Shown here one piece after another: positions 44,841 to 53,628 of a stretch of DNA of 64,000 bases. Location: positions 59,915 to 123,914 of the forward strand of contig JBHGBL010000011.1 in NCBI GenBank assembly GCA_041947015.1, written 5' to 3'. How positions within the stretch are numbered: the stretch's first letter is position 1; every line of letters starts with the position of its first letter. The notes under the pieces were generated by a model, which did no database searches, had not been told where the DNA came from, and was given only the letters and a program-made list of their open reading frames with translations. The translations under genes were made by a program, and so were the position numbers. The stretch comes from Vicinamibacterales bacterium (GTDB lineage Bacteria; Acidobacteriota; Vicinamibacteria; Vicinamibacterales; Fen-181).

Positions 44841-46340
44841 ATGGTGGTCGAAACCGTCACCGGACAACTCACGTCCCGCGAGGCCCGCTTCGAGTGGTGG
44901 CGGCGGACGGTTGGCCTCTTCCTGGGCCCCGCCGCGTTTCTCGTCCTGCTCCTTCTGCCGCTCGACGGGCTTTCCCAGGATGCCCATCGGCTGGCTGGCG
45001 TCGTTGCGCTCGTCGTTGTCTGGTGGATCACGGAAGCCATCCCCATTGCAGCGACCGCGCTGGCCGGGGCCGCGCTGACAGTGGTTCTCGGAGTCGCATC
45101 CGCCCAGGAGGCGCTGGCACCGTTCGCAAGCCCCACCATCTTCCTTTTCCTCGGCAGCTTCATTCTGGCTGAGGCCATGGCGGTCCACGGGCTCGACCGC
45201 CGGCTTGCTTTCGCCCTTCTCTCGCGGCGCGCGGTTCGGGGGCGTCCCGCGCGTCTTCGAGTGGCCATCGGCCTGACAACGGCAGCAATCTCGATGTGGA
45301 TGAGCAACACCGCGACTGCAGCCATGCTGCTGCCCGTGGCCCTCGGCATCCTCGGCGCGGTGGCCACCGAGTCGGAGCGGCGCGGCCGCGCGGGTTTCCT
45401 GCTAGTTCTCGCCTACTCGGCGTCAATCGGCGGCATCGCCACCCCCGTGGGGACACCGCCGAACCTGATAACGATCGGGATGCTCGACCAGCTGGCGGGA
45501 CGTGACATCGACTTCTTCCGCTGGGTTGCAGTCGGGCTGCCGCTGGCGCTCGCAATCTACGGAGCTCTCACCCTCATCGCGCGGTGGCTCTACCCGCTCC
45601 CCCGCGCGCGAGGTTCCACCGAAACCGAAGACTACACGGGACCCACGCTGTCTGCCTGGAGCCGCGGCGAGACGAACTGCCTCGTCGCCTTCTCCCTCGC
45701 GGTGTCGCTCTGGATTGCGCCCGGCGTCGTCGCAATCGTCGCCGGCCCCTCGTCACCGGCTTACAGGTTCGTCGCAGCACGCCTGGACGAGGGGGTGGTC
45801 GCGCTGCTGGCCGCATCGCTTCTCTTCGTCTTGCCCGTGGACTGGAAGAACCGCGCGTTCACGATCACCTGGTCGCACGCGAGCCGCATCGACTGGGGCA
45901 CGATCCTCCTCTTCGGCGGGGGCCTGTCACTGGGCAGGATGATGTTCACCACGGGTCTGGCCGAGCTCATCGGGAAGGGCCTGGTTGCCGCGAGCGGCGC
46001 GGAGTCGCTTTGGGCGGTTACCGCTGTCATGGCCGCTGTCGCCATCCTCACAACGGAGGTCGCCTCGAACACTGCCGCGACGAACATGCTGGTCCCGGTC
46101 GCGGTTGCGATCGCCAGCGCTGCGGGGGTCAGCCCGGTCCCGCCCGCAATGGCGGTGGCCTTCGGCGCGAGCATGGCCTGCATGCTGCCGATATCGACCC
46201 CGCCGAATGCGATCGTCTACGGTACCGGGATGGTGCCCGTGACGGCGATGATCAAGTTCGGCGTGCTCCTGGACTTCCTGTCGTTCGTGGCCATCGTTGC
46301 GGGCCTGCGTCTGCTATGCCCTCTGCTCGGTTTGGTATGA
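44841..46340 (+). CDS. DASS/SLC13-family anion (di/tricarboxylate or sulfate) symporter
   Basis: Polytopic. WWITEAIPIAATAL and SNTATA(A/T)ML repeated hairpin motifs. Confidence 0.8.
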   Translation: MVVETVTGQLTSREARFEWWRRTVGLFLGPAAFLVLLLLPLDGLSQDAHRLAGVVALVVVWWITEAIPIAATALAGAALTVVLGVASAQEALAPFASPTIFLFLGSFILAEAMAVHGLDRRLAFALLSRRAVRGRPARLRVAIGLTTAAISMWMSNTATAAMLLPVALGILGAVATESERRGRAGFLLVLAYSASIGGIATPVGTPPNLITIGMLDQLAGRDIDFFRWVAVGLPLALAIYGALTLIARWLYPLPRARGSTETEDYTGPTLSAWSRGETNCLVAFSLAVSLWIAPGVVAIVAGPSSPAYRFVAARLDEGVVALLAASLLFVLPVDWKNRAFTITWSHASRIDWGTILLFGGGLSLGRMMFTTGLAELIGKGLVAASGAESLWAVTAVMAAVAILTTEVASNTAATNMLVPVAVAIASAAGVSPVPPAMAVAFGASMACMLPISTPPNAIVYGTGMVPVTAMIKFGVLLDFLSFVAIVAGLRLLCPLLGLV

Positions 46341-46344
46341 AGCT

Positions 46345-46601
46345 GTCGACGCCGGACGATGACCCGATCGCGACGTCGGCGCCCTTGCGCGCGACATGAC
46401 GGCGACCGAACGCCCCATGCCTTGGTCACCTCCTGTGACCGGCTCGACCTTCCCCTCCAGCTTGCCGGCGGCTTTGTAGCGTGGCGCCTGGTAACGGGGC
46501 CTGGGCTCGAGCTCCGACTCCAGCTCGGGCTTTTCGAGCTTCCGCTTCGGATACTGCGGAGCCGGCTCGGACGCAATCTGCGGTTTCTCGCTCGCCTTCA
46601 A
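46345..46601 (-). pseudogene. N-terminal remnant of a YghA/YdaD-type short-chain dehydrogenase
   Basis: TTG 46601 with SD GGAGGA. QYPKRKLEKPELESELEPRPRYQAPRYKAAGKLEGKVEPVTGGDQGMGRSVAV resembles the SDR N-terminus (TGGDSGIGR). ARKGADVAI continues in another frame. There is no room for the remaining roughly 200 codons, because the DASS gene occupies the other strand. Confidence 0.5.
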
Positions 46602-47124
46602 CGTCCTCCATCTGCCGTCCCGGCGCGCGCTCCACGTAGATCTGGGTCACGTGGTATCCGCCCTGCCGGTCGACCGCAACGCCTATACCGGTCATATCGA
46701 AGCGGCCGAGGAGAAGTCGGCGGTGCCCTGGGCTGTCGAGCCACATCCGCAGCCAGCGTGCGGCCGGAGGGCCGGCCGTCGGGTCCACGACCGCAACGTT
46801 CTCTGCGACCGCGCGGCACGCGAACATCCGCTCTATACGGTCCGCGCGCTCGTTGAAACCCGAGTGCCCGGGCCTTCGTTGGCCGCTCGCCCTGCGCCCG
46901 CCGCGATCCAAGGCGATGTCACCGACCGCATCGTCGATCTCCAGCGGCGCGAGGCCGCGGCTCCTTCGGTAACCGTTCACCTGCTGGAAGACCGCACCGG
47001 CGACGGCCTCGGGAGGGACAGGCGGGCGCCGCCGTGCTGAGCATGGCATGATGGAGAGAGCCAGGGTGCAAGGAAGCAGGATCAGGTGAGCGTGGCGCGC
47101 GTGAACGCATGGAGGCAGCTTCAT
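46426..47124 (-). CDS. CAP/SCP (PR-1-like) domain protein, exported
   Basis: FNERADRI...AENVA...WLDSPGHRRLLLGRFDMTGIGVA...YHVTQIY. The last roughly 60 codons have poor third-position GC and overlap the SDR remnant. Start uncertain. Confidence 0.7.
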   Translation of the reverse strand: MKLPPCVHARHAHLILLPCTLALSIMPCSARRRPPVPPEAVAGAVFQQVNGYRRSRGLAPLEIDDAVGDIALDRGGRRASGQRRPGHSGFNERADRIERMFACRAVAENVAVVDPTAGPPAARWLRMWLDSPGHRRLLLGRFDMTGIGVAVDRQGGYHVTQIYVERAPGRQMEDVEGERETADCVRAGSAVSEAEARKARAGVGARAQAPLPGATLQSRRQAGGEGRAGHRR

Positions 47125-47635
47125 GAGAATCGTATCGGGCTTCGTAGCCGCATCCGCCATCGCGGCGGTCGCCGTGGCCGGGCCGCAGCGCGAGGCGGTG
47201 AAGGCGGAACTGCACGACGCCGGGGGCAAGCTGGTCGGTCAGGCGCGGCTGACCGAAACGCCGCACGGCTTGATGCTGATGGTCGAGGTGAACGGTCTGC
47301 CGCAAGGTGAACACGCGATTCACATCCATGAGATCGGCAAGTGCGAGCCGCCAGCCTTCCAGTCCGCGGGGGGGCACTACAACCCCACAGGCGCCCAGCA
47401 CGGCTTCGACAACCCGAAGGGTCCTCACGCTGGCGATCTGCCAGATCTCCACGTGCCCGAAAACGGGCGCCTGACGGTGGAGTACATGCTCCCGGGGCTG
47501 AAGCTCTCCGGTGACAAGGGATTGCTGGACGCGGACGGTTCGGCCCTGGTCATCCATGCGAAGCCCGATGACCATCACTCGGACCCCGCCGGGATGGCCG
47601 GCGATCGCATGGCGTGCGGGGTCTTCCGGCGCTGA
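47123..47635 (+). CDS. sodC: Periplasmic Cu/Zn superoxide dismutase
   Basis: HAIHIHEIGKCE...GGHYNP...GPHAGDLP...LVIHAKPDD...AGDRMACGV. Signal peptide. SD GGAGG. Confidence 0.9.
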   Translation: MRIVSGFVAASAIAAVAVAGPQREAVKAELHDAGGKLVGQARLTETPHGLMLMVEVNGLPQGEHAIHIHEIGKCEPPAFQSAGGHYNPTGAQHGFDNPKGPHAGDLPDLHVPENGRLTVEYMLPGLKLSGDKGLLDADGSALVIHAKPDDHHSDPAGMAGDRMACGVFRR

Positions 47636-47765
47636 GCCAGCGCTCGGTCGGCACTCCACGAAATACCAATGTCCAAGGCCGGGCGATTCTCGCCGATTGC
47701 CGCGGCCCGCTTGACGCTGCCGGGCCGCTGATCAAGGATTCGGGCGCGAACAGGGAGGCCAGTCC

Positions 47766-49640
47766 GTGCCCGACGTCTTCCGACAGGTGTACGACCCGGT
47801 TGCCGGCAGCATCCTCTTGTCGGCTCTCGCTGCCGCGGCGCCGCTGGCCGTCCTTGCGGTACTTCTCGCCGTTTTCCGAGTCGCGCCCTGGAAGGCCGCC
47901 GTCGCGGGTGCCGCAACCGCCTTCGGGCTCGCATGGTTCGTCTGGGGTGCGCCATTCGAGGTTGCCGTCGCGACCCTGACCCACGGCATGGCCTTCGGTC
48001 TCTGGCCGATCAGCTGGGTTGTCATCTGCGCCGTCTTTTTCTACAACCTGTCGGTCGCAAGCGGCGACTTCGACGTGATACGCCGGTCGCTTTCGAGGCT
48101 GACATCGGACCGGCGGATTCAGGTCCTGCTCGTCGCGTTCTGCTTCGGCGCGCTCATCGAGGGCATTGCGGGTTTCGGAGCCCCCGTTGCCATAACCGCC
48201 TCGATGCTGGCCGGCCTCGGCTTCGAGCCGATCGCGGCGGCGGTGCTCGCGCTCGTGGCCAACACTGCGCCCGTGGCTTTCGGATCGATCGGCATCCCGG
48301 TGACCACGCTCGGCGGCCTCGTGGCGCCGATCCTGGGCCGGGACCCGCAATCCACGACCCTGGCGCTGTCGGCGATGGTGGGCCGGCAGCTTCCGTTCTT
48401 CTCGCTCCTCGTTCCGGCTTACCTGATCGTGCTCCTCTCCGGGTGGCGCGGCATGATCGGTGTCGTTCCCGCTGTCGCTACCGCCGGCGTGAGCTTCGCG
48501 GTCGGCCAGTTCCTGGTTTCGAATCTCATGGGACCCGAGCTTACCGACATCCTGTCGTCGCTCATCTCTCTCGGTGCGACGGCAATCCTGCTCCGGGTGT
48601 GGCAGCCCCGCGATCGGCCTGGCGACGCGGACGCGTCCGCCAACCCGTTCGCGAGCCGGGCGCCGCTTCCTGCGGAGGCCCGCGGCCAGAGGCCGGCCGT
48701 TGAGCCACTGGCTCAGGCAACGCCGGAAGACTCGGGTAATCGAGTCGTTCGTGCCTACGCGACCTACGCGATCCTCGTGGCGGTCGTGCTCGGCGGGCAA
48801 GTGGGCAATTTCGCGGGGCTCAAAGAACTTCCGCCGCCTGTGAACGTCACCGCGCTCCTGCGGTGCGGCCAGGCCGGCAACCGACTCTGTCCGGATCCGT
48901 GGGTCGGCCGGCGAGCAGCGGAAGCCCCCCAAGCTTTCCGCTTCCCGGTCTGGGACTTCAACTGGCCGGGTGCATACAGGCTTGAAGACGGGCGACCGGT
49001 TGCCCTCGTGCGTCGCGAGCCGCCGACAGCTGCGGAGGCGAGCCCCTACCCTCTCACGTTCAGGCTCGATTTCCTGGCCTCGGCCGGAACGCTGGTGCTG
49101 CTCGCGGCAGCAGTCGCCTTCATACCGATGATGGCGCGCGGCCTGGCCCCCGCCGCGTTCCTCGTCATCTTCGGGAGGACGCTGCGCCAGCTTCGGCTGC
49201 CGATAGTGACCATCTCCTTCATCCTCTCGATTGCCACCGTGATGAACTACTCCGGGATGACTTCGTCGATGGCCCTCGCTCTCGCCGGGACGGGTGTTCT
49301 CTTTCCATTCTTCTCGGCGTTCCTCGGGATGCTGGGTGTCTTCCTGACTGGAAGCGACACCTCGTCGAACACTCTCTTCGGCCCTCTCCAGGCGATGACC
49401 GCGCGCGTTTCGGGAATCGACCCGGTGCTCATGGCCGCGACCAACAGCTCAGGGGGTGTGATGGGGAAGATGATCAGCCCGCAGAACCTCTCTGTGGGAG
49501 CGGCGGGCGTGGGCGCCGTGGGCAGCGAAGGGGCCATCTTCAGACGCGTCGTCGGGCACAGCCTGATACTGACGGCCCTCATGGGCGTGCTCGCGATGCT
49601 GCAGGCCTACGTCGTCCCCTGGATGGTGCCGGCGCTGTAA
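47766..49640 (+). CDS. L-lactate permease (LctP family)
   Basis: The N-terminal YDPVAGSILLSALAAAAPL and FGAPVAITASML motifs are typical of LctP/LldP. GTG start. Confidence 0.85.
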   Translation: MPDVFRQVYDPVAGSILLSALAAAAPLAVLAVLLAVFRVAPWKAAVAGAATAFGLAWFVWGAPFEVAVATLTHGMAFGLWPISWVVICAVFFYNLSVASGDFDVIRRSLSRLTSDRRIQVLLVAFCFGALIEGIAGFGAPVAITASMLAGLGFEPIAAAVLALVANTAPVAFGSIGIPVTTLGGLVAPILGRDPQSTTLALSAMVGRQLPFFSLLVPAYLIVLLSGWRGMIGVVPAVATAGVSFAVGQFLVSNLMGPELTDILSSLISLGATAILLRVWQPRDRPGDADASANPFASRAPLPAEARGQRPAVEPLAQATPEDSGNRVVRAYATYAILVAVVLGGQVGNFAGLKELPPPVNVTALLRCGQAGNRLCPDPWVGRRAAEAPQAFRFPVWDFNWPGAYRLEDGRPVALVRREPPTAAEASPYPLTFRLDFLASAGTLVLLAAAVAFIPMMARGLAPAAFLVIFGRTLRQLRLPIVTISFILSIATVMNYSGMTSSMALALAGTGVLFPFFSAFLGMLGVFLTGSDTSSNTLFGPLQAMTARVSGIDPVLMAATNSSGGVMGKMISPQNLSVGAAGVGAVGSEGAIFRRVVGHSLILTALMGVLAMLQAYVVPWMVPAL

Positions 49641-49760
49641 GACAACGACGAAGAGAGCTTGTGAAGGAGCCGGGGGCACCTGGCGGGAGTGTGACCGACA
49701 ACCTGTAACCTGCGGCACCTATAACTGCCAGCGCACATTTCGAACGTGTCCCTGTCCCCG

Positions 49761-51275
49761 TCACCCTTCCAGCAGGTTCCTCGTCGGCATCGCCGGCTCG
49801 CTGGTGAGGTTCACGCCCAGCCTTCTCAGCCCGGCCTCGTCACCGCGCGTGGGTATGTGGGTCATGTGGACGTCGCAGCCTGCGAGCTCGGTGAGCTTCT
49901 CCATCGCGAGCTGCGCCGTCGGGTTGGTCGTGGCGCTGACGGTGAGCGCGATGAGGGTTTCCTCGAGGTCGAGGCTCACGGTGCGCGCGGCGAGGATCTT
50001 CTGCTTCAGGTGCGCCACCGAAACGAGGACCGTGGGCGAGAGCAGGTGGAGCGAATCGGGAAGGCCAGCGAGCTCCTTGATGGCGTTCAGCACGAGGCTG
50101 GACGAGGCGTGCATGAGGGGGGAGTTCTTTCCCGTTACGATTCGACCGTCCGCGAGCTCGATGGCAGCCCCGCAGTAGATGCCATCGTTTCCCTTGCCCG
50201 TTTCGCGCGCGTCGCGCGCGGCCGCCAGGGCCGGTTCGACAACCCGCCGGTCCCGCGGCCCGACGCCGAGTTCCTCCATCAGCAGCTCCGTGCGCTGCAC
50301 GGTGTCGCTGTTGACAAGGCCGAGAAGGTATTCCGTGGCGCTCCGGTAGTAGCGCCGCACTGTCTCCTGGCGGGCGGCCTCCTTGACGACCTCGTCGTCC
50401 ACAATGCCGAACCCGGCTCGGTTCACGCCCATGTCCGTGGGGGAGCGGTAGCAGTTCTCGCCCTGGATCCGCTGGAGGATCCGACTGAGGACTGGGAAGA
50501 CCTCGACGTCGCGGTTGTAGTTGACGGCCCGCTGGCCGTATGCCTCGAGGTGGAACGGATCGATCAGGTTGAAGTCCTTGATGTCGGCCGTCGCCGCCTC
50601 GTAGGCGACGTTGACGGGGTGCTTCAGAGGCAGGTTCCAGATCGGAAAGGTCTCGAATTTCGCGTAGCCCGATGGCAGCCCTTGCCTGTGCTCGTGGTAG
50701 AGCTGCGAGAGGCACGTCGCAAGTTTCCCGCTCCCCGGGCCGGGCCCCGTCACCACGACGATGGGGCGAGTTGCCGGGATGTAGGTATTGGCTCCGTAAC
50801 CGGCTTCGCTGACGATCGTTTCCACGTCGGTCGGGTAGCCCTTGGTGTAGCGGTGGGTGAAGACCGGCAGGCCCTGGCGCTCGAGCTTGTTCCTGAAGAC
50901 GCGCGCCGCAGGCTGCTCGTCATAGCGCGTTATCACAACCGCCGCGACTTTCACCTCCCACGCCCTCAGGTCATCGATCAGTTTCAAGGCGTCGGCGTCG
51001 TAGGTTATCCCGAAGTCGGCCCGGATCTTCCGCCGCTCGATGTCGCCTGCGTAGATGCACAGGATGACCTCAGCCTCGTTTTTCAGCCTCTGGAGCAACC
51101 GCATCTTCACGTTCGGGTCGAAGCCCGGGAGGACGCGGGCGGCGTGATAGTCGAAGAGCAGCTTGCCGCCGAACTCGAGGTAGAGCCGGCCGCCGAAGCG
51201 GCCGACGCGATCGAGGATCGCGGCCGATTGTTCCGCCAGGTACTTCTCGTTGTCGAAGCCAATTCGACGAGGCAT
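49761..51275 (-). CDS. DUF1846 (UPF0371) family protein
   Basis: MPRRIGFDNEKYLAEQSAAILDRV...LYLEFGGKLLFDYHAARVLPGFDPN. The alternative upstream ATG 51305 has a GGAG SD. Confidence 0.8.
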   Translation of the reverse strand: MPRRIGFDNEKYLAEQSAAILDRVGRFGGRLYLEFGGKLLFDYHAARVLPGFDPNVKMRLLQRLKNEAEVILCIYAGDIERRKIRADFGITYDADALKLIDDLRAWEVKVAAVVITRYDEQPAARVFRNKLERQGLPVFTHRYTKGYPTDVETIVSEAGYGANTYIPATRPIVVVTGPGPGSGKLATCLSQLYHEHRQGLPSGYAKFETFPIWNLPLKHPVNVAYEAATADIKDFNLIDPFHLEAYGQRAVNYNRDVEVFPVLSRILQRIQGENCYRSPTDMGVNRAGFGIVDDEVVKEAARQETVRRYYRSATEYLLGLVNSDTVQRTELLMEELGVGPRDRRVVEPALAAARDARETGKGNDGIYCGAAIELADGRIVTGKNSPLMHASSSLVLNAIKELAGLPDSLHLLSPTVLVSVAHLKQKILAARTVSLDLEETLIALTVSATTNPTAQLAMEKLTELAGCDVHMTHIPTRGDEAGLRRLGVNLTSEPAMPTRNLLEG

Positions 51276-51511
51276 CGTCTGAAACCAAGTGGAGGGGCAG
51301 AGCATTGTAACTCCGCGCGGATCGATTCATCGAAAGGCCTGAGTGTGGGGGACGCAGACTGGAGGCCGGTTCCGCGCAGGCTGAGGCAGGGCCTCCCGTG
51401 ATGCAACCAGGCCCGTGCCGAGCCATCTCGGGCGCCTGTTTTCTTCGCATGGACCGAGCGGTTGAAATGCTGCGAATGCCGCGGGCGTATTCGATGAGAA
51501 AGGGGGCATCC

Positions 51512-52174
51512 ATGAGCCGGACAGCTGTCAGAGCCATCCTGATGCTCGGTGCGGCAGTCGCTGCCGGTGGCGCCGTGCAGTCGATCAATCAAGCGCAGGA
51601 TCTCGACTCGCGAATCGCGCGCTACCTGGAAGCCAACCGCTTCGCGTGGCGGGACATGAACGTGCCGGCATCCGACGGGAAGCTGCTGCACGACATCATC
51701 GTCGAGCGCGGCTACAAACGCGCGCTCGAGATCGGCACCTCGACCGGCCATTCCGGAATATGGATCGCCCGGGCGCTGGCGAAGACGGGCGGTCGACTCA
51801 TCACGATTGAAATCGACGCGGGGCGCCACCGCGAGGCGGTCGCCCACTTCGAAGAGGCAGGGGTCGCCTCCCTGATCGATGCCCGGCTGGCCGACGCGCA
51901 CGACCTTGTTTTGCGCCTCGAAGGTCCCTTCGACTTCGTTTTCATCGATGCGGACAAGGACTGGTACACGAACTACGCGAAGGCCGTTGTGCCGAAGCTC
52001 GCGGCAGGGGGCTGCATCACCGCGCACAACGTCTACGTCGGCCAGCGGGGCAGCCGCCGGCGCGGCGGCTGGGGAACGGGAAACGACTACTACGACTACG
52101 TGGCGGGCCTGCCGTATCTCGAGACGACGGTCACGCCGGGCGGGATGGCGATCAGCTACAAGAAGAAGAACTGA
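51512..52174 (+). CDS. Class I SAM-dependent O-methyltransferase (caffeoyl-CoA OMT-like) with a signal peptide
   Basis: ALEIGTSTGHSGIWIA and FDFVFIDADKDWY motifs. N-terminal MSRTAVRAILMLGAAVAAGGAV. Confidence 0.8.
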   Translation: MSRTAVRAILMLGAAVAAGGAVQSINQAQDLDSRIARYLEANRFAWRDMNVPASDGKLLHDIIVERGYKRALEIGTSTGHSGIWIARALAKTGGRLITIEIDAGRHREAVAHFEEAGVASLIDARLADAHDLVLRLEGPFDFVFIDADKDWYTNYAKAVVPKLAAGGCITAHNVYVGQRGSRRRGGWGTGNDYYDYVAGLPYLETTVTPGGMAISYKKKN

Positions 52175-52340
52175 GAGCCACGCGACCGCGGGGCGCCCGG
52201 TGCCTGTGCCGGCTGAATGTCCCGATTTGGGAGCCCTGCGAGCGCAGCCAACCCGCCGCGGCCGAAGAACTCGGTACACACGCCGGGCCGTCGACGTCCG
52301 TTCCCCGCGGCCCGGCGGAAAGTCACGAAGCGACTGTCGT

Positions 52341-53492
52341 TCACCACACCTTGACGGGCGTGTCCATGCACTTGGACGCCACATCGACGACTATGGGCCC
52401 CGCATCGTGGTTGACGGCCCATACACCCCAGCCGAGGAGAGCCGGTTGCTGCGGGTCTTCCGGAGAGCTCCATTGGTCCACGATCGCGCCGTCGTTGGCG
52501 TTGGTCATCACTTCTCCGCCGACCAGCGTGGTACCGGCGGGGCAGGTTCCGCCGTAAGCGAAGTCCTGGGCCCCGGCTGCGAGCTGGAGCTGGGTGCCCC
52601 AGAAGTTGGTGACGGCGCTGGCCGTGACAACAGCCCTGTCGTAGTAGCCGACAACGTCGATGATCATGTGAGTCCGGGCTGCCGCCTGCACGACGATGTC
52701 GTCAATGCAGCCGGCGCAGCCTGTTAGGACCTGCCCGTTGGCAACCGACGGCATCATGCCCGCTGAGAAGTTGATGATGCTGGAATTGGGCATGGTCCCG
52801 CCGAACGGCCACGCGGTCAGGTGCCCTGAAGTCGAGTAGCCGGTGACGGTCACGTTGACCGCCCACGCCGCCCGGCTGGTGGCCGGCAGGCCTGGGCACG
52901 GCGCGGTCCCGCCCTGGCCCTTTGCGAAGCCGGCGGCGGAGAGGTCGAAGGTCCTGGGCACTCCGACCTCCATCCAGCCCGTCCGCGGACCGGTCAGGCG
53001 CGTGTCCACGACGCGGCACGGAGAGATGGGGGTGAACACCAAGCTGTCAGTGGTGGCGCCGAGGTTCAGAGGATCTGGCACAGCAAGAGCTGCCCACCGT
53101 CCCGTCGCCTGCTTCGCCTGGGGTGTCGTCAGCGTGTTTATGTACGGTCCGGCAGCCCGAACGCCGCGAAGTATGTCGGCCATCGCAGTGAAGTCGCCGA
53201 CGAGCGACGCTCCGTAAAGCTGCCATGCGGGTGCCTCCGCGGCTGCCGGCCCCAGCTCTTCCCAGATGTTGTAAACGTCCGGGTCGAGCACTGCCGCCCA
53301 CTGCGAGAACAGTTCGTTGACGAAGGTCTGGCGGTTGGCCTCGATCTTTTTCAGCTCGACCTGCATTGCGCGCGACCGCTGGAGTGCTGCCGTCGAGCGT
53401 TGAGCATCGCGCGACTGCGCGCCGACGACAACACCTGCGACCACCAGGATCGCGGCAGCGCCCGCGGTGGTTCTTCGAAGGGCCCTGGACAT
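52341..53492 (-). CDS. Secreted protein of unknown function
   Basis: Signal/anchor AAAILVVAGVVVGA, SD AAGGAGGAAGG, and a conserved-looking core FTPISPCRVVDTR...NVTVTGYSTSGHLTAWP...IDVVGYY. Confidence 0.65.
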   Translation of the reverse strand: MSRALRRTTAGAAAILVVAGVVVGAQSRDAQRSTAALQRSRAMQVELKKIEANRQTFVNELFSQWAAVLDPDVYNIWEELGPAAAEAPAWQLYGASLVGDFTAMADILRGVRAAGPYINTLTTPQAKQATGRWAALAVPDPLNLGATTDSLVFTPISPCRVVDTRLTGPRTGWMEVGVPRTFDLSAAGFAKGQGGTAPCPGLPATSRAAWAVNVTVTGYSTSGHLTAWPFGGTMPNSSIINFSAGMMPSVANGQVLTGCAGCIDDIVVQAAARTHMIIDVVGYYDRAVVTASAVTNFWGTQLQLAAGAQDFAYGGTCPAGTTLVGGEVMTNANDGAIVDQWSSPEDPQQPALLGWGVWAVNHDAGPIVVDVASKCMDTPVKVW

Positions 53493-53628
53493 GAACCTTC
53501 CTCCTTGATGCCGACCGATGCGGTCGAACTGCAGCGAGGTTGGTGCCTCGCGGTTGTGCTTGAACGCCCAACCGCTACCGTAACAGCCGCTGGCGGAGGT
53601 GTCAAGAGACCGTATCGCGGCATGTAAA

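Noticed and set aside
46314-46601. The 95-aa ORF treated as an intact small gene.
   Set aside because: Its recognisable part is only the N-terminus of an SDR of roughly 290 aa. The frame loses homology after GRSVAV and the remainder overlaps the DASS gene, so I treat it as a remnant.
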